The notes: a model not told the origin generated them from the letters alone. Positions 18,518 to 29,149 are shown, counted from the stretch's first letter. The stretch: DNA of 64,000 nt from Akkermansiaceae bacterium (GCA_031422775.1 JANPMK010000089.1:14945-78944); one strand, 5' to 3'. Program-made: numbers and translations.

Positions 18518-19132
18518 ATGGCCCATCAACTCACTTCAAGACAAAAGGAAATCCTCGAATATCTCCATAAATCCAGCCGCACCACTGGCTTGATGCCGAG
18601 CACTCGGGAGCTTCAACACTACTTCGGTTTCGCCAGCCAAACCGCTGCCATGAGTCACCTCCGCGCGCTTGAGAAAAAAGGCGTGATCCAACGCGTTCCG
18701 GGCAAAGCCCGCGCCGTGATTTTCCCTGAGGAACTCGATCGCGAAGAAATCCGCGACATCCCCATCTACGGTCGCATCGCCGCCGGTTATGGCGATAGCA
18801 CCCAACCCGAACCCGAAGGCTGCATCTCCATCGACATCGCCTCTCTCGGCTGCCGTGGCAAAAACGAAACCTTCGCCCTCCGCGTCCGCGGCGAATCCAT
18901 GATCGACGCGCATATTTGCGATGGCGACACAGTCATCCTCGAAATACGCGAAGCCCGCAACGGCGATGTCGTCGCCGCCCTCATCGATGGCGAAACCACG
19001 CTCAAACGTTTCATCTCCCAAAAAGGTAAAACCTATCTTCACGCAGAGAATGAAAACTTTCCAGATCTCATCCCGACCGAGGAATTGATCATCCAAGGAG
19101 TCATGATCGCGTTGCTGCGTAAGGCTGCTTGA
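18518..19132 (+). CDS. lexA: LexA repressor
   Basis: Winged-helix N-terminus (SRQKEILEYL...TRELQ), Ala-Gly cleavage site (GRIAAGYG), catalytic VRGESM serine and TLKRF lysine. I moved the start to ATG 18518 so the operator is not inside the CDS. Confidence 0.9.
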   Translation: MAHQLTSRQKEILEYLHKSSRTTGLMPSTRELQHYFGFASQTAAMSHLRALEKKGVIQRVPGKARAVIFPEELDREEIRDIPIYGRIAAGYGDSTQPEPEGCISIDIASLGCRGKNETFALRVRGESMIDAHICDGDTVILEIREARNGDVVAALIDGETTLKRFISQKGKTYLHAENENFPDLIPTEELIIQGVMIALLRKAA

Positions 19133-19163
19133 GTTTCTCTAACGGAACTTCGGCTCACGAATT

Positions 19164-19820
19164 CTACTTCGCTACTAAACGGTTTTTCCGCCCACGCCTG
19201 ATCCACCATTCAGCGAAAATCAGGTTCGGGATAAAACCGAGCCACGCCACCAACCGATAAACATCCATCGGTGCCGGCTCGAAAAAGAAAACAATCGCGT
19301 ATTTCCATGCCCGCAACGTAATCGCAGAAAGCGTCAGCGCGTAACTGCGTATCATCCATTCCCGATGCGCCTGCCATTCTCTGCGAAGAATTTTTCTCCA
19401 GCCCATTCCCGTGGTGAAAAGCCAAAGCACCGCCAAGGTCACAAACGCAATACGCGAAGTCACTCCGCCGTTCGCATAAAACGCCATCACCAAACTGGCC
19501 GGCCCCGTCACGAAGCACACGCTGAACACATACACCCGCCCCATCATTCGGTGAACGCTCGGCCATTTCGCCAAAACCCACGGAGCAAACTGAGTAAACC
19601 CCGCCAACAACGGCAGCATGCTGGTGAAAACATGAATCCAAAACGCCAACTCCCAATGCCGAATTCCGATATACTGTTGTTTGATCTGAAGAAACGCAGC
19701 ATCACTACGTATCGGCCAGTATTGCAGAGTGATCCGTAGCATGAGCCAGCTAAAGAACGCCAACGCAGCCAAACAAATCACTCCAGCGACCCTTCGATTT
19801 TTTTTATTAAGTCGCATCAT
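19164..19820 (-). CDS. DUF2306-like integral membrane protein
   Basis: 218 aa with 5-6 TM segments and the family-typical layout (FLQIKQQY...HVFTSMLPLLAGFTQF). Confidence 0.6.
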   Translation of the reverse strand: MMRLNKKNRRVAGVICLAALAFFSWLMLRITLQYWPIRSDAAFLQIKQQYIGIRHWELAFWIHVFTSMLPLLAGFTQFAPWVLAKWPSVHRMMGRVYVFSVCFVTGPASLVMAFYANGGVTSRIAFVTLAVLWLFTTGMGWRKILRREWQAHREWMIRSYALTLSAITLRAWKYAIVFFFEPAPMDVYRLVAWLGFIPNLIFAEWWIRRGRKNRLVAK

Positions 19821-19879
19821 TTCCTTGTTTTGAAATCCTATTTCTGAAAGATAAACACCAGATCAAAAACACCTTCAAA

Positions 19880-20602
19880 ATGAGAAAATTACTCACGCTT
19901 TGTGCATCTATCGTTTTCCTCGGAACCGTTTTCTCTGCTGCGAAAGAAGAATCCGTAGATACCGATTCCGATGTAAGCGCGCCGAAAACGGAAACCTCAG
20001 TCATAAAGGGCACCTATGTTGGAGACTTTGGTGGAAAGAAAATCACCATCTGCATCGACCGCATCGTCGGCGAGACCGTCACCGGCTACAGCATCGTAGC
20101 TGGCAACGAACGCGCTTTCAGCGGCTCCTACCAAGTTCATGAAAAAGGTTTCGCCATCGTCGCGGCAGAACCTGGAGACCGACCCGATGATGGCGTTTTC
20201 AAATTGCTCTACACCAAAGAAACCGACGATCTTGGCGGAATCTGGAAACCCAATGACACCAAGAAAATCAAAGAACGCGTCTTCGTCCTGCCACGCAAAG
20301 TTTTCAAATATAGCACCAAAGTCGGCACTTACCCACAATCCTCCACCAAACAGCTAAAAGAAAAAGATGTGGAAAATATGCGCCCCGCCGAGCTCCGCAT
20401 CATGCGCAACGAAATCTATGCCCGCCATGGCTACGGCTTCAAATTAGTGGAGATGCGCGAGCACTTCGAAAAACAAGGTTGGTACATGGCCGTTAGCCAA
20501 GACGTCACAACCAACCTCACCGAAAGAGAAAAGAAAAACGCAGCACTCATTAAACGCTACGAGAATTACGGCGAAGAATACTACGACTCATATGGGCGCT
20601 AG
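19880..20602 (+). CDS. secreted YARHG domain-containing protein
   Basis: Signal peptide and a C-terminal LRIMRNEIYARHGYGFK motif (YARHG domain). Confidence 0.75.
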   Translation: MRKLLTLCASIVFLGTVFSAAKEESVDTDSDVSAPKTETSVIKGTYVGDFGGKKITICIDRIVGETVTGYSIVAGNERAFSGSYQVHEKGFAIVAAEPGDRPDDGVFKLLYTKETDDLGGIWKPNDTKKIKERVFVLPRKVFKYSTKVGTYPQSSTKQLKEKDVENMRPAELRIMRNEIYARHGYGFKLVEMREHFEKQGWYMAVSQDVTTNLTEREKKNAALIKRYENYGEEYYDSYGR

Positions 20603-20666
20603 GCCCATCGGCCATTTAAAAATCTTTCCTCTAGAAATTTCTCTCTCCTACCCACAACCTTCCGTC

Positions 20667-21149
20667 ATGGATGATTTCGAAAAGAAAATCGATGACGCTT
20701 TGGCGAATCCGCAGAACCAAGGCGAGATGGCCGACGCGGATTCCGTCGGCACGGTCGGCTCGCCCGACTGCGGTGATATGATGCGGATGTGGCTGAAGTT
20801 TTCTGAAAAGGACGGCAAAAAAATCATCGATCGCGCATCTTTCCAGGCTTTTGGCTGCCAAACAGCCATCGCCGTCGCATCCATCGCCACCCAACTCCTC
20901 AAAGGCAAAACCGCCGAAGAAGCCCGCCACCTCAGCGCTCAAGACCTAGCTGGCGATCTCGGCACCCTGCCACCCATGAAAATTCACTGCGGCCAACTCG
21001 TCGAAGGTGCCCTGCGCAACGCCCTAGATTCCGATGCCACTCCCTCGCCCTCTAACACACCCAAAAATACCCTCATCGGCGACATTCACTCCGCCAAACC
21101 TAAGATCATCAAAATCGTCCCACTCGAAAACTCTGACGATCAGGCTTGA
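20667..21149 (+). CDS. NifU/IscU-like Fe-S cluster scaffold (N-terminal domain type) with a C-terminal extension
   Basis: GSPDCGDMMRMW, FGCQTAIA and IHCGQL give the three conserved Cys of IscU/NifU-N. Start moved to ATG 20667 (MDDFEKK). Confidence 0.8.
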   Translation: MDDFEKKIDDALANPQNQGEMADADSVGTVGSPDCGDMMRMWLKFSEKDGKKIIDRASFQAFGCQTAIAVASIATQLLKGKTAEEARHLSAQDLAGDLGTLPPMKIHCGQLVEGALRNALDSDATPSPSNTPKNTLIGDIHSAKPKIIKIVPLENSDDQA

Positions 21150-21221
21150 GTATCCCTCACAATTTCCCTAATTCATAAAAGATTGTTACTTCCTCGTTAC
21201 TAAAAGCTAACCTTTTTCACT

Positions 21222-22982
21222 GTGCTAGAACTCCAAGACGTCTGTTTCACCATCCGCAAAGACGGCGAAGATGTAAATCTCGTCGATCACGTATCGATCA
21301 AGATTCCCAAAGGTCACTTCATGGCCATCGTGGGGCCCTCAGGTTGCGGTAAAACAACCTTGATGAAAACCATCGCCGGCCTCAATCCCGAGTCCGATGG
21401 CTCTCTAATCTGGGACGGCCGCAACCTTTCCGAAGATGGCGATTTCTCACCCTCAGAAATCGGTTACGTCCCGCAGTTCTCCATCGCTTACGATCCGCTC
21501 ACCGTTGACGAATCCGTCGAGGCCGCCACCCGCCTCCGCGTGAAGTCCAGAAACACCGAAGAACTCGATCACAGAATCGATCGCGTCCTCGATGAAACCG
21601 GCCTCGGACCGATTAGTGATCGCTTAGTCAAAGTTCTTTCCGGCGGACAAAAACGCCGACTCGGCCTCGCCATGGAACTCGTTTCCGATCCGAAAATTCT
21701 CCTCTGCGACGAAGTCACATCCGGACTCGATCCACGCTCCGAACGTGAAATTGTTAGACTCTTACATGATCTTTCACGCAAAGACGGGCGCATCGTTCTT
21801 TCCGTCACTCACTCCCTCGCTCACCTTGAGCTATACGATTCCATCCTCGTGCTTCACGAAGGCAAAGTCGCCTTCCACGGCCCACCGGAACAGCTCAACC
21901 ATTATTTCTCCGTCACTGATACCGAGGAAGTCTACCCTCGCCTCTCCAAACAACCCTCTGAACGTTGGCAGAGCTCATGGAATAAACATCGCGAGTCGTA
22001 TTACAAAATGCTGGAAAAAAATCGCCAGCGTCTCATCGAAAGCGGCGACCTCCGAGCATCCGCCGTCGCCTCGCCTAAAGCCGATGATGAGACAAAAGAT
22101 CCCGAATCTATCAGCTCCAGAGAAAATCAGATCCCAGGCTTCTTTTCTCAGTTCGCCACGCTCCTCTCACGCCGCTGGCGCATTTTCTTCCGTGATCGCG
22201 GACAAGTATTTCTTCAACTTGCCATCCTCATCTGCTTCCCCGTCCTCGTCACCTTGTTCAGCGAAAAAGCATCCGGAAATATCCGGAAATTTTCAGACAT
22301 GCGGCAAAACAACATCGTCCAGGAAATCAAGGAACAACAATCTGTTAGAGCAGACCAAGCGAAAGTTGGCTCCGCGATTTCCGGAATCATCATGTTCCAA
22401 GTCGTCCTACTCGCACTCATGGGATCTAACAACTCCGCACGTGAAATCGCTGGCGAGCGACCCATCTACGAAAAAGAAAAATTCGGAGGCTTGCGGCCTT
22501 TGGCTTATCTCTGCTCAAAAATCGCCTTCCTCTCCTGTTTGATAATCGCTCAATCTCTATGGATGGCATTTTTCGTAAATTTATTTGGATCCTTCCGAGG
22601 TGAATTTGTCGAGCACGCCATCTTCCTACTCCTGATCAATGCGTCCATGACTTTCATCTGCCTAGCCATCTCCGCGATGATGCGCACCGCAGAACAAGCC
22701 TCCCTGCTTTCCATTTATCTCGTCGGCTTCCAACTTCCTCTCTCCGGTGCTGTCCTCGCCTTGCCCGAGCACATTGAAGCATTCACCCGTCCCTTCATCT
22801 CCGCCTACTGGTCATGGTCCGGCTCTGTCGAGGCTCTCCAGTCTCAAGTCCATGGCGCTGTCAAATCTGTCGTCGATACCTCACTCTCAAATCAAAACGC
22901 CTGCCTCTTCACCCTAACCATTCATATCCTAGCTGCACTAGGACTCGCATGGATCGGAACGCGCCGCCCCCAATGGGATTAA
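21222..22982 (+). CDS. fused ABC transporter ATPase plus ABC-2 permease (ABCG-like half transporter)
   Basis: Walker A GPSGCGKTT, signature LSGGQKRR, Walker B LLCDEVTSGLD, then about six C-terminal TM helices. GTG start. Confidence 0.85.
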   Translation: MLELQDVCFTIRKDGEDVNLVDHVSIKIPKGHFMAIVGPSGCGKTTLMKTIAGLNPESDGSLIWDGRNLSEDGDFSPSEIGYVPQFSIAYDPLTVDESVEAATRLRVKSRNTEELDHRIDRVLDETGLGPISDRLVKVLSGGQKRRLGLAMELVSDPKILLCDEVTSGLDPRSEREIVRLLHDLSRKDGRIVLSVTHSLAHLELYDSILVLHEGKVAFHGPPEQLNHYFSVTDTEEVYPRLSKQPSERWQSSWNKHRESYYKMLEKNRQRLIESGDLRASAVASPKADDETKDPESISSRENQIPGFFSQFATLLSRRWRIFFRDRGQVFLQLAILICFPVLVTLFSEKASGNIRKFSDMRQNNIVQEIKEQQSVRADQAKVGSAISGIIMFQVVLLALMGSNNSAREIAGERPIYEKEKFGGLRPLAYLCSKIAFLSCLIIAQSLWMAFFVNLFGSFRGEFVEHAIFLLLINASMTFICLAISAMMRTAEQASLLSIYLVGFQLPLSGAVLALPEHIEAFTRPFISAYWSWSGSVEALQSQVHGAVKSVVDTSLSNQNACLFTLTIHILAALGLAWIGTRRPQWD

Positions 22983-23054
22983 TCTTTTCAGATCAGGCAA
23001 AAATACTTTAATTATCTTATTCCTAAGACATCTTGTCTGAACTCCTCTAAAAAA

Positions 23055-23459
23055 ATGGCTCGCCGCGCAAGTTCCAGCACCAACCCCAAACTCCTCGTCG
23101 GCATCGGCGTTGCTATCATTGTACTCGTCTTTGCTGGCAAATTCCTCCTCACAAAAAAATCTGAATCTTTCTCGGACGCTTTCCCTCTCGACGTCAAAGC
23201 GTTCCTCGAAGACGGCAACGCCTTCCGTGGAGACGAATTTTTTATCGAAGGCAAAATCGATGAAAAACTTCGATGGACCCCATCCGATGGACAAATCGTC
23301 AGTATCAGAGTGAAAACCCCTGGCGGAGAAGAAATCATTCCCATACAAATTCCAGATAAATTCAACGATCTCAACATCGATCGAGAACAAAGCTATGCTT
23401 TTAAAATCGATATCAAAGAAGGCGGCATCCCCATTGCCACCGCCATCAAACGCCTTTAA
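23055..23459 (+). CDS. membrane-anchored hypothetical protein
   Basis: 134 aa with a single N-terminal TM (LLVGIGVAIIVLVFAG). No recognisable motifs. Same strand as its neighbours with short gaps. Confidence 0.5.
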   Translation: MARRASSSTNPKLLVGIGVAIIVLVFAGKFLLTKKSESFSDAFPLDVKAFLEDGNAFRGDEFFIEGKIDEKLRWTPSDGQIVSIRVKTPGGEEIIPIQIPDKFNDLNIDREQSYAFKIDIKEGGIPIATAIKRL

Positions 23460-23489
23460 ATCGTATCAACCCCAACGGAACCCAAAACC

Positions 23490-25382
23490 ATGAGAACTCT
23501 AATAACCCTTCTATCCCTCGCGGCAGCCATGCCGCTTTTCTCTCAGGTCTACACTCCTCCCACTCAGCCCACGCAGCTACCAACTCAACAACCAGCCACT
23601 GATAACGGCACGGCCCAAAAACCTAAAGACCCAGCCTCACCTTACGGGCAGGAAATCCCCATGCTCGATCCCTCCGCGGAAAGCGTCACCGTCGGCGGTG
23701 TGACGATTCCCCTCGGAGACAATCGTTTGCTCAAAGCTCGTTTCGAGAAATACCTCAACCAACCCCCAGAAAGCGATGCCGAGGCCAAAGCCTACCGCCA
23801 AACCATTGCAAGCATTTTGGACACCATCTCACCCCTACGTGGCAAACCCCCAAATCTAAAAGAGGCATTCTTGCAGCTACCTCGCGCCTCCGCCTACCCC
23901 GGAGATGCCAATCTTTGCTCTTCCCTTGCCGAGTCTGTTTACATGGCTCTGCTCGCTAAAAAAGACGGCAAGCAACTTACCGATCTCAACGCTTCCATCG
24001 AAAAAGAAAAAATATCCATCATGCAACAAGCCGATTGGGACGCACGAAACGGGAAAGATTCCACCCTTGGCCAAACCAGAGCCCCAGGTAGCGGTGGCGC
24101 TAACGGCGCACCAGCCGGCGGTAATACCCAAACTCAAAAAAACGGCACAGGCGCTAACTCACTCAAATACAAAGATACCCTGCGCCGCATCGCGGAAATT
24201 GAAGCGCTGAAAAAAACAAACATCCTTAAAACGGAAGCTCAGACCATCCGCACCAAAACCCAATACCAAGTCAACATGATCCAGTGGTTCGCGCAGCGCC
24301 GCTACGAACATGTGCTTATGGCCGCCCGCTTCTATAACCAAATCTGGAAAGACGGTGACACCACCTTGATGATCGATAAAAATTCCGATGTTTCGAAACT
24401 CTTCTCTGATTCGCTCGGCATTTCCCCAACCGTTTCATCTCTCGACTCTCTCTCCAACGAAGCCATCCGCGAGGTCGATAAATACATCGAGGCTTTCAAT
24501 CACCTCCTCGGTCAAAACGAACTCCATTCCGCTTCCCAACGCCTCATGGAAGCCTACGCCCTCGGAGAATATCTCGGCCCTGTCGCGACTCTCCCATTGG
24601 AGAAAAAACGCCGCGTGGCATTGTATGTCCGCGATCTTCACGAACTCTACGGAGCTCTCCAAGCCCGTGACTACGTCCGTGGCAAAGTTTTATCAGACCA
24701 ACTGAAAGCCGCCGCTAAAGATTTCCCGTCCTCAAAAGTCGACTCGCTCATTTCCGGCTACACCCTGGCCTCAGACCTCGCTATCGAAGATGCCAAAGCC
24801 GCCCTCCTCGCTCGCAATTCCGATAAAGCCGAAGAAAAAATCACAAAGGCAGCCCAGATCTGGCCAACCAATCCTAAACTCGCTGAGTTCCGCACGCTCG
24901 TCAGTAACTCTGGCGCCATCGTCACCGCTCGCAACGATTTCGACCGCCTCCTTTCCGAAGGCAACTACCGCGAAATCGCCAAACGCCAATACGAATTCGC
25001 ACCAGCCATTCAAGGCGATGCAACACGTGAGGACGCATTCAAACAAATCATGCAGAATCTGTTAGCCATCGAAACCGCTCTCGGAAAAGCCAACGAATTC
25101 GCACGCGTCGGACAAAACTACAGCGCTTGGGAACAACTCGCAGACATCCGCCTGCAATTCCCTGACGATCCGAAACTCGGCCGCGAACTCGAACTACTCA
25201 CCCCAAAAGTAGCCGACTTCACCCTAGCCCTCGACAAAGCCAGTCAATTTGAAAGCCGCAATCCAAAACAAACCGGCTCCGCCCTCACCTGGTTCCTCAA
25301 AGCCCGCTCCATCTACCCACAATCTAGACAAGCAGAAAAAGGCATCCAGCGCCTGCTCGATGATATCCTGCCGGAGAGTTGA
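23490..25382 (+). CDS. secreted helical (TPR-like) hypothetical protein
   Basis: 630 aa with a signal peptide (LLSLAAAMPLFSQ), a Q/T/P-rich linker and a long helical remainder. No catalytic motifs recognised. Confidence 0.55.
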   Translation: MRTLITLLSLAAAMPLFSQVYTPPTQPTQLPTQQPATDNGTAQKPKDPASPYGQEIPMLDPSAESVTVGGVTIPLGDNRLLKARFEKYLNQPPESDAEAKAYRQTIASILDTISPLRGKPPNLKEAFLQLPRASAYPGDANLCSSLAESVYMALLAKKDGKQLTDLNASIEKEKISIMQQADWDARNGKDSTLGQTRAPGSGGANGAPAGGNTQTQKNGTGANSLKYKDTLRRIAEIEALKKTNILKTEAQTIRTKTQYQVNMIQWFAQRRYEHVLMAARFYNQIWKDGDTTLMIDKNSDVSKLFSDSLGISPTVSSLDSLSNEAIREVDKYIEAFNHLLGQNELHSASQRLMEAYALGEYLGPVATLPLEKKRRVALYVRDLHELYGALQARDYVRGKVLSDQLKAAAKDFPSSKVDSLISGYTLASDLAIEDAKAALLARNSDKAEEKITKAAQIWPTNPKLAEFRTLVSNSGAIVTARNDFDRLLSEGNYREIAKRQYEFAPAIQGDATREDAFKQIMQNLLAIETALGKANEFARVGQNYSAWEQLADIRLQFPDDPKLGRELELLTPKVADFTLALDKASQFESRNPKQTGSALTWFLKARSIYPQSRQAEKGIQRLLDDILPES

Positions 25383-25547
25383 TAAAGGGGATATCAGAGA
25401 TGAGTCCCTCATAGAAAAAATACTCATCCTCCTCCTCGAACGAATGATGTCACGTGGTGGCAGTTATTTCATAAAAAACGGCGAACCAGAACAAATAACC
25501 CCCATAAGATGGTAAGATAAATCTGCACAGTACAGCTCCGAATACAC

Positions 25548-26423
25548 ATGCCTGATCCAAATATCACCCCAAAAAAGCCGACACTCGCTAACAAGATTTC
25601 GGTAATCAAACAACAGCTCAAAAACTTCGAGCGGAGCCTGCGATTTCATTGGAAATCCATCAAACCTGCGCCAACGACTCCATTCGGATTCAAACTCTAC
25701 GGCAGTAAGGCCATGCAGGATGGCCGCTTCGAACCCCTGGAAACCGAATTAGTACAGCGAATCCTACCCCACGTGGATGCTTTTTTGAACGTTGGTGCAA
25801 ACGTCGGTTACTACTGCTGTCACGCGATCCAAAAAAAGGTACCGGTCTACGCATTCGAGCCCATTGATCTCAACGTTCGTTATCTTCTCGAAAACATCCG
25901 CATCAATGATTGGGCAGATAAGATTGAAGTTTACCCAGTGGCGCTCGGTTCCCAAACCGGCATTTTAGAAATTTTCGGTGCCGGCACTGGCGCATCATTG
26001 ATCAAAGGTTGGGCCAACACTCCGGAAACCGATGTCTTACTCGCACCTGTGCTCACACTTGACCTTGTTCTAGGCAACCGATTAGCGGGTAAATCTTGCT
26101 TCATTATGATCGATATCGAAGGAGCTGAACGATTCATGCTTGAAGGAGCTTCACAATTTCTCAGCGCCTCACCCAAACCCGTCTGGATGATCGAAGTCTG
26201 TGTTTATGAGCACCAACCATCCGGAACTTCTATCAATCCACATCTCGTTCAAACCTTCGATTTCTTTTTTGATCATGGCTACCTTGCTTGGACTGCTGAT
26301 GCTAATCCTCGTCAAGTAACTCGCGCAGAAGTTGCTGCGGTCGCAGAAAACAAGGTGAGTACATTTGGCACTCACAACTTCATATTCGCTGATCCAGAAA
26401 CTTCGGATCGCCTCTCATTTTAA
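25548..26423 (+). CDS. FkbM-family SAM-dependent methyltransferase
   Basis: FLNVGANVGYYC...VYAFEP nucleotide-binding block and FIMIDIEGAERFMLEGA block, typical of FkbM. Confidence 0.8.
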   Translation: MPDPNITPKKPTLANKISVIKQQLKNFERSLRFHWKSIKPAPTTPFGFKLYGSKAMQDGRFEPLETELVQRILPHVDAFLNVGANVGYYCCHAIQKKVPVYAFEPIDLNVRYLLENIRINDWADKIEVYPVALGSQTGILEIFGAGTGASLIKGWANTPETDVLLAPVLTLDLVLGNRLAGKSCFIMIDIEGAERFMLEGASQFLSASPKPVWMIEVCVYEHQPSGTSINPHLVQTFDFFFDHGYLAWTADANPRQVTRAEVAAVAENKVSTFGTHNFIFADPETSDRLSF

Positions 26424-26434
26424 CCAGATTTTAC

Positions 26435-27511
26435 ATGGTCAATGATCAACAGCCAATTCGTGTCAAATTAATAGGTAAGTTCAGACCCGGTCAGGATGGC
26501 GCCGGTTGGCATCGCCGCTTTCCCAATGGAACTCCGGGAAACACGAAATTCGGTAACTGTGAATTTGTTTTCGATCGGCACGAGCGCAATTACGACTGGC
26601 TTATCGTCTGGGATGACCTTCCATCAGTCAAAGGCGAGCGCCATACTCTCTGGGAAGAACCATTAGCTTGCCCTCGTGAGCACACCATGCTCGTAACAAC
26701 CGAGCCTTCCACGATCAAAGTTTATGGATCGAAATTCCTCAACCAATTTTCACATGTCCTAACAAGCCAAGAACCCTGGGCTGTAGGCCATCATCCCGGT
26801 GCCCGCTGGGAGCAAACCAGCTATGTTTGGTTCTATTCAAATAATGAGCCTCGTGGTGATTACGATACGATACGAAATCAGCCTATCCCAGTGAAGACCG
26901 GCGAGATCTCCGCCGTATGCTCCACCAAACAACAACGCCACACACTCCATCGCAAACGTTACGACTTTGTGATGGCGCTGAAATCGCGAATACCTGAGAT
27001 AGAACTCTTCGGTCGCGGCATCCGCTTTATCGAGGACAAGGCAGATGCTCTCGATCCATACAAATACCACATCGCGATCGAAAATTTTTATGGTCCACAT
27101 CATTGGACGGAAAAGCTCGCAGATCCTTTCCTAGGAGCATGCATGCCGATTTATTACGGATGCCCTAACGCAGAAGACTATTTCCCAGAAGAAAGCTTCA
27201 TCCGCATCGATCTCGAGGATGTGGATCACTCTTTTGAAATCATCAAAAAAGCGATCACGGATGGTCTATACGAAAAAAATCTATCAGCCATCCTTGAAAG
27301 CCGGAGACGTGTCATCGAGGAATACGCTCCGGTCGCAAATATTTCCAGACTCGTCAACCTGCTTAGCCAGCCTGATGCCAAACCTCCCAGCGTGAATGAC
27401 GTAATTCTGAGCCGTTTTTGCATTCGTAAGAAATCGGTAGTCAACGCCCTCTCATTCGCTCGGGAGAAAGTTAGTGTTTCACTCAGGCATAAATTTCAGC
27501 ATCCTAAATAA
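26435..27511 (+). CDS. GT10-like glycosyltransferase (alpha-1,3/4-fucosyltransferase family-like)
   Basis: YKYHIAIENFYGPHHWTEKLADPFLGACMPIYYGCPN matches the GT10 (F/I)EN...Y.TEK..D......P(I/V)Y.G signature. Paralog of 32925..34007. Confidence 0.6.
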   Translation: MVNDQQPIRVKLIGKFRPGQDGAGWHRRFPNGTPGNTKFGNCEFVFDRHERNYDWLIVWDDLPSVKGERHTLWEEPLACPREHTMLVTTEPSTIKVYGSKFLNQFSHVLTSQEPWAVGHHPGARWEQTSYVWFYSNNEPRGDYDTIRNQPIPVKTGEISAVCSTKQQRHTLHRKRYDFVMALKSRIPEIELFGRGIRFIEDKADALDPYKYHIAIENFYGPHHWTEKLADPFLGACMPIYYGCPNAEDYFPEESFIRIDLEDVDHSFEIIKKAITDGLYEKNLSAILESRRRVIEEYAPVANISRLVNLLSQPDAKPPSVNDVILSRFCIRKKSVVNALSFAREKVSVSLRHKFQHPK

Positions 27512-27513
27512 CC

Positions 27514-28365
27514 ATGACTCCCGAACAACTTCAGGACTCCCCTTGGGATCAAATCGATGCCATTCCAGTCATCAACCTAGACAAGCGCCCAGAGCGCTGG
27601 GAACAGATTGTTGAGACCACCAAAGGTATTTTTCCAGAGAACAAATTGATTCGGTTTTCAGCCGCATTGGGTGTCGCCATACCAGGTTACGGTGAAAGCC
27701 CTTGGTTCAATGGAAAATCTACAGACTCTCGGTGGGCAGCACGGGCAGGATGTACGCTTTCCCATCAACAAATCATGACCATGGCCATAGAGAAGGGATG
27801 GCAAACGTTCTTGATTCTTGAAGACGATGCCGATTTCTCTCAAACAGATGGCAAGGAACTTGCCGCAGTTGTCGGAAAACTTTTGGTGGATCGCTCATCA
27901 TGGGATATTTGCTACTTGGGTTTCAGTAAGACACGAGGCCCCTCCCGCCTAGTCAGCGATATCGGGAAACGCGGCACCTATGAAGTATCTGGCTGCGGAA
28001 CCACGCATGCTTATCTCGTCAACGTCACCGCCCGTGATTGGCTCGCACGAAACCTCCCTGCTGAAGATTCCATCTGGCCATGGATCGCCAAACACCGAGT
28101 GATCGATCGTTGGTATTCATGGAATCTGGCGCGACATCTAAAAGTACTTGCCGTTTCCCCATCTATCATCACTCAAACAACGGGATACTCAGATCTTGTT
28201 GAAAACAATGTCGACTACAATATTGAATTCCCAGGCAAGGTGACATTAGTTCCCGATAGCTCAATGGGCTATCACATGGCCCGCGTGTCTTGGCGCGTAA
28301 AAGGAATGACCACGTTATTACACGATTCGATACGCTATCTTTTAAAGTGCATCAAAGGCTTTTGA
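27514..28365 (+). CDS. glycosyltransferase family 25 (LOS/LPS-type)
   Basis: IPVINLDKRPERWEQI start, GCTLSHQQI and ILEDDADF blocks, typical of GT25. Confidence 0.7.
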   Translation: MTPEQLQDSPWDQIDAIPVINLDKRPERWEQIVETTKGIFPENKLIRFSAALGVAIPGYGESPWFNGKSTDSRWAARAGCTLSHQQIMTMAIEKGWQTFLILEDDADFSQTDGKELAAVVGKLLVDRSSWDICYLGFSKTRGPSRLVSDIGKRGTYEVSGCGTTHAYLVNVTARDWLARNLPAEDSIWPWIAKHRVIDRWYSWNLARHLKVLAVSPSIITQTTGYSDLVENNVDYNIEFPGKVTLVPDSSMGYHMARVSWRVKGMTTLLHDSIRYLLKCIKGF

Positions 28366-28408
28366 TCTATTAGATTAAAAAGATCTTAAGATTTTCCAGA
28401 TACAGGCA

Positions 28409-29071
28409 TTACGCGTTCTTGAGCCGCCAGCCATCCCAAACAAACGTGTAATGAAATATGGCATCATGAGTCAATGCGAGCTTCTCACAGATTGTCTTCA
28501 TGTGTGATTCCGAGTCGGGCGATAGATCATGGAACTGTATGTGCAGGTGAATAATGCGCGAAATAAGATCTGATTCAATTAATCGATCGAGAAGCTCATA
28601 TTCGCCCCCCTCAATATTGATTTTCATGAAATCAATTCGGGTTACTTCATGCTCATCGAACCACTCCTTCACATCAATTAGTTCAATGGGCAATTTAGCA
28701 CCTTCGGACTTAATAAAGATCGAGCTAGCATCAGCACTAGGCGATATATATTCCGTACGGGTCGTTGCACCAAGGCCACAGGTGTGCACTCGGAGGGCTG
28801 CATTTTTAATAAAACGGCTTCTAATTTTTTCAGCGAACGATGGTACAGGTTCGAAAATCTCAACACGGCAGGCATATCGGGCAAAAATTTCAGCGGCCCA
28901 TGAACCCTCGTAGCCTCCCATGTCAAAAACAATGGAATTAGCATCTAACGGACAGTCGTAACGGAGAAGATTATCGGCATCATCCTTGCGCCAACGCTTG
29001 ATTGCGATTTCGCGTTCAGTTGGATTGATGCGTTTGCGCAAGCTGCGGGCTAGACGAGATATCAGGTTCAT
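28409..29071 (-). CDS. FkbM-family methyltransferase
   Basis: VFDMGGYEGSWAAEI...VEIFEP and DFMKINIEGGEYELL blocks. Confidence 0.75.
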   Translation of the reverse strand: MNLISRLARSLRKRINPTEREIAIKRWRKDDADNLLRYDCPLDANSIVFDMGGYEGSWAAEIFARYACRVEIFEPVPSFAEKIRSRFIKNAALRVHTCGLGATTRTEYISPSADASSIFIKSEGAKLPIELIDVKEWFDEHEVTRIDFMKINIEGGEYELLDRLIESDLISRIIHLHIQFHDLSPDSESHMKTICEKLALTHDAIFHYTFVWDGWRLKNA

Positions 29072-29149
29072 TTCTTAAATAAGTTAGGTTAATTGGAAAA
29101 TGATTTCAATAAATTAACTTTTTCTGTTCAATATATAATTTATAAATTT

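Noticed and set aside
18536-19096. 186-aa antisense ORF covering lexA; similar cases at 10218..10787, 6279..6719, 16777..17187 and 9628..10026
   Set aside because: Each overlaps almost fully a gene with strong family signatures on the other strand. None has recognisable motifs.
21745-22542. 265-aa alternative-frame ORF inside the ABC transporter gene
   Set aside because: It sits on the same strand but out of frame with a CDS carrying Walker A/B and signature motifs. The S/P/K-rich composition indicates a frame artefact.
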